From Acidimicrobiales bacterium (GTDB lineage: Bacteria; Actinomycetota; Acidimicrobiia; Acidimicrobiales; SZUA-35), in assembly GCA_024638815.1 (NCBI GenBank), contig JAHEJM010000003.1, positions 39,887-103,886 of the forward strand: a DNA stretch of 64,000 nucleotides, in the 5' to 3' direction. The notes below the pieces were generated by a model, which was not told where the DNA came from, did no database searches, and saw only the letters and a list, made by a program, of their open reading frames with translations. Shown piece by piece: positions 61,495 through 64,000 of the stretch. The position numbers and the translations under genes were made by a program. Positions within the stretch are counted from its first letter, which is position 1, and each line of letters starts with the position of its first letter.

Positions 61495-62505
61495 TTGGCC
61501 GGCCGCGTCCCCACCATCCGTGACTTCGACCCCGCTGATCAGGCGGCGGCTCGAGCGATCATCCAGGCCGGCCTGCGGGACCGGTGGGGTGACGGCTTGG
61601 ATCCCGACGCCAACCCCGACAGCGACGTGGTCGTGGCCACGTTGTCGAAGTCGGACGGGGACGAGGAGGTTGTCGGTATCGGCATTCTTGTGCCCGAAGC
61701 CGATGGCCTGAGCCGCATCGTGCGTATGTCGGTGGCTCGTGGCCATCGACGGCGGGGCATTGCCGGGGCCCTGATCGCCGAGCTGATCGCCCGGGCCCGG
61801 TCAAGGGGCCATCACGCCGTGATCATCAGCACCGACACTCCGTGGACCGACGCCGTGGCCCTTTACGAGGACTCGGGCTTCGAGGTCACCGAGTCGGACG
61901 AGGCAGACATCCACCTCTGGCTCGATCTGGTCTGGAGTGATGAAGAGGTGGTGACCGAGCGCACCGTGTTGAAGGCTCCGACCGCGGCCGACAACATGTT
62001 CGTGGTCGAGATGCTGACCGATGACCCGGTCCGCAGGTTCCTCGGCGGGCCGGCATCGTTCGCCATCGTGGAGTGGATCAAGGCCCATTCCCTGGCCCCC
62101 CAGTGGGGGACGTTCATCGTTCACCTTCCGGAATCGGATCTCCCCGGTGAGCGTCAGCGCATCGGCGTGGTGGCGCTCGAGGACTGGCGGGGCGATCTGG
62201 AGTTGTCGCTGCAGCTGTTGCCCGAGTTCTGGGGTCAGGGTTTTGCCCACGAGCTGTCGCTGGCGGTAGTGGACTGGGCGTGGGCCAACACCGACGCTCC
62301 GTCCATCATCGCCGTCAGCCACGCCGACAATGCCCGGGCTATCGCCGCCATGGAACGGCTGGGTTTCGTCACCGACCGTCGGTTCGAGGAATTCGGTGAA
62401 CCCCATATCCAGGGTCGACTGAGCCGGCCCGGCCGACCCGTCCAACACTCGGACGGTAGGCTGGGACCAGGAGATGTCCGTGCCCCGATCCGCCCCTCAC
62501 CGTGA
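61495..62505 (+). CDS. Fusion of two GNAT acetyltransferase domains
   Basis: Domain 1: IVRMSVARGHRRRGIAGALIAELI...ALYEDSGFEV. Domain 2 (RimJ/L-like): LLPEFWGQGFAHELSLAVVDWAW...NARAIAAMERLGFV. Only a TTG start is annotated, so the start is uncertain. Confidence 0.7.
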   Translation: MAGRVPTIRDFDPADQAAARAIIQAGLRDRWGDGLDPDANPDSDVVVATLSKSDGDEEVVGIGILVPEADGLSRIVRMSVARGHRRRGIAGALIAELIARARSRGHHAVIISTDTPWTDAVALYEDSGFEVTESDEADIHLWLDLVWSDEEVVTERTVLKAPTAADNMFVVEMLTDDPVRRFLGGPASFAIVEWIKAHSLAPQWGTFIVHLPESDLPGERQRIGVVALEDWRGDLELSLQLLPEFWGQGFAHELSLAVVDWAWANTDAPSIIAVSHADNARAIAAMERLGFVTDRRFEEFGEPHIQGRLSRPGRPVQHSDGRLGPGDVRAPIRPSP

Positions 62506-62905
62506 GTCCAAGATCTGCCGATCGTGTGGGCGGACCATCGAGTGGCGGCGCAAGTGGGCCGACAACTGGAACGAGGTTCGGTACTGCTCGAAGGCCTGTC
62601 GGTCGACCGGGGTGTCAGAACTCGACCGGGCCCTGGAGGCCGGGATACTGCAGTTGCTCGATGCCCGAAAGCGGGGGGCCACCATCTGCCCGTCGGAGGC
62701 GGCTCGCTCGGTCCACGGGTCGAGATCGGTGCCGCCGGCGTCAGGCTCGAGGGCCGAACCCGAGGGCTGGCGGGAGCTGATGGAACCGGCTCGGAGGGCC
62801 GCCCGGCGGCTGGTGGCCCGGGGCGAGCTGGAGATCACCCAGAAGGGCCGAGTGGTCGACCCGTCGACAGCCAGGGGCCCGATCCGACTCCGACTCCCGC
62901 AGTGA
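62474..62905 (+). CDS. DUF2256 zinc-ribbon fused to a DUF3253-like domain
   Basis: SKICRSCGRTIEWRRKWADNWNEVRYCSKACR (DUF2256 pattern), then ICPSEAAR...WRELMEPARRAARRLVARGELEITQKG (DUF3253 pattern). It overlaps the GNAT gene's 3' end by 32 nt. Confidence 0.7.
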   Translation: MSVPRSAPHRESKICRSCGRTIEWRRKWADNWNEVRYCSKACRSTGVSELDRALEAGILQLLDARKRGATICPSEAARSVHGSRSVPPASGSRAEPEGWRELMEPARRAARRLVARGELEITQKGRVVDPSTARGPIRLRLPQ

Positions 62906-62915
62906 TGGAGCCGGG

Positions 62916-63704
62916 ATGACCATGGAATGGCAGGAGGCGGCCGCCGCCCTGAACCGGGTTGTCACCGAGGAACCGGATCGGCTCGATCTGGTTCTGGCCT
63001 TGATCGCCACCCTCGACCCGTCGGCCTGGCCGGCCGAGAAAGTGGTGGGCCACTTCGACGAGCTGGCGGCCGATGCCCCCGGCCCGGCGGCCGAGGAGCT
63101 GGTGGCCTATGTGTTCGACACCCTTGGGTTCGTCGGCAATACAGGCCGCTACTACGACCCCTCGAACTCGCTCATCCACCGGGTGCTGCACCGACGCAGG
63201 GGTATACCCCTGACCCTGGCCGTGGTGGCGGCCGAGATCTCCCGCCGGGCCGGTGGTCGACTCACCGTGGTCGGCTTCCCCGGTCACGTGCTGGTCGGTG
63301 ACGAGCTGACCCCCGACCACTGGTTCGACCCGTTTGCCGCCGGCGCCCCCATGAAGCGAATCCAGCTGCAGATGCTACTCCAGCAGTTTCAGCCCGGAGC
63401 CACCCTGCGTCCGGAGATGACGCTGCCCATGTCGGCCGCCGATGTCGCTGTGCGCACCCTCAACAATCTGGTCAACGCCTACCAGCGCCTGGGCATGTTG
63501 AGTCGCATGGTCGACGTGCTGCGCTTCCGGTGTCGGCTGGATGTGGCCACCGAGGGCGATCGTCTCCAGCTGGCCGGAGCGCTGGCCGCCTCCGGTCGCT
63601 ACGACCAGGCGGCGGACGAGTTCGAGCTCCTGGTCGATCTCGACCCCGACAATGCCACCGGACACGCCTCGGTGGCCGAGCGGCTCCGAGCCCACCGCAA
63701 CTGA
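62916..63704 (+). CDS. SirB1-like transglutaminase-fold/TPR protein
   Basis: RRGIPLTLAVVAAEISRRAGGRLTVVGFPGHVLV, followed by a TPR-like C-terminus. Confidence 0.7.
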   Translation: MTMEWQEAAAALNRVVTEEPDRLDLVLALIATLDPSAWPAEKVVGHFDELAADAPGPAAEELVAYVFDTLGFVGNTGRYYDPSNSLIHRVLHRRRGIPLTLAVVAAEISRRAGGRLTVVGFPGHVLVGDELTPDHWFDPFAAGAPMKRIQLQMLLQQFQPGATLRPEMTLPMSAADVAVRTLNNLVNAYQRLGMLSRMVDVLRFRCRLDVATEGDRLQLAGALAASGRYDQAADEFELLVDLDPDNATGHASVAERLRAHRN

Positions 63705-63731
63705 CCCGGGCCGAGGCCGCCCCGCTGGGAT

Positions 63732-64000
63732 TCAGACTTCGTCGGCTTCCTTGGCCGGCTCCTTGGGTCGGATGCCGAACGGCTTGAGGTAGCCGTGTTG
63801 GGCGATGTCGTCGACCAGCGGTTGCAGCAGATCGCCCAGTCGGTTCACGGTCGCCTCGTCCATGCCGTTCCAGATGGGGGCCGACAGCTCGTTGGTCCGA
63901 TCCTCGAGCCGTTTCCGGAGCTCCAACCCCTTGTAGGTCAGGGTGTCCTCGTCCACCAGCCAACCCCGCTCCACCAGCCCGGCCACCGCAGTGTCCCACG
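63732..64000 (-). CDS. MarR-family transcriptional regulator, partial (N-terminus beyond the window)
   Basis: The frame is open to the window edge. ...DTAVAGLVERGWLVDEDTLTYKGLELRKRLEDRTNEL has the pattern of a winged-helix wing plus dimerisation helix. Confidence 0.5.
   Translation of the reverse strand, partial: WDTAVAGLVERGWLVDEDTLTYKGLELRKRLEDRTNELSAPIWNGMDEATVNRLGDLLQPLVDDIAQHGYLKPFGIRPKEPAKEADEV

Overview
64-kb, high-GC (about two thirds G+C by eye), gene-dense chromosomal segment of an actinobacterium-like organism. Supporting markers are DUF222/HNH '13E12-type' elements, trxB-trxA, several ECF sigma/anti-sigma pairs, a Ser/Thr kinase, and an Rv3907c-Rv3914-like gene set scattered over the window. 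I support about 60 CDS. These include: a ParA-like cassette; a heterodimeric ABC exporter; two tandem ABC-2 pairs; galK, trxA and trxB; two alpha/beta hydrolases; an acyl-CoA dehydrogenase; two PlsY-like paralogues; a PEP-utilising enzyme with rifampicin-phosphotransferase-like domain order; a MacB-type ABC operon carrying AlaX and an SDR; three ECF-type sigma modules; an aldehyde dehydrogenase; a rhomboid protease; an HDAC-like enzyme; a CCA-adding enzyme; two divergent PPK2 genes; a B12-radical-SAM enzyme; CorA; EamA; a lytic transglycosylase; thioesterases; and GNATs. I found no rRNA, tRNA or CRISPR array. The accessory or decaying parts are two intact and two degraded DUF222/HNH copies, a frameshifted TPR remnant, and a truncated transglutaminase-like gene with an in-frame TAG. 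The observations I consider most worth follow-up are: (1) an ~85-nt intergenic element with a perfect 8-bp-arm palindrome, present in two strong copies (14057-14140 and 30834-30917, about 77% identical by hand count) plus a partial third copy (21961-22010), each upstream of a gene; (2) a translationally coupled pair of divergent PlsY-fold membrane proteins that lack the canonical SGNxGATN motif and converge on an RPH-like PEP-utilising enzyme; (3) a 748-aa protein with 2 sunset-like repeats, a TM segment and 2 BON repeats, whose BON unit is a near-perfect 288-bp tandem DNA duplication; (4) an orphan ParA-like cassette with a non-ParB partner and helically phased GGGTWA boxes. I cannot show from sequence alone that any of these is a truly new system. 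All family assignments come from motif recognition by eye and need HMM or BLAST confirmation.
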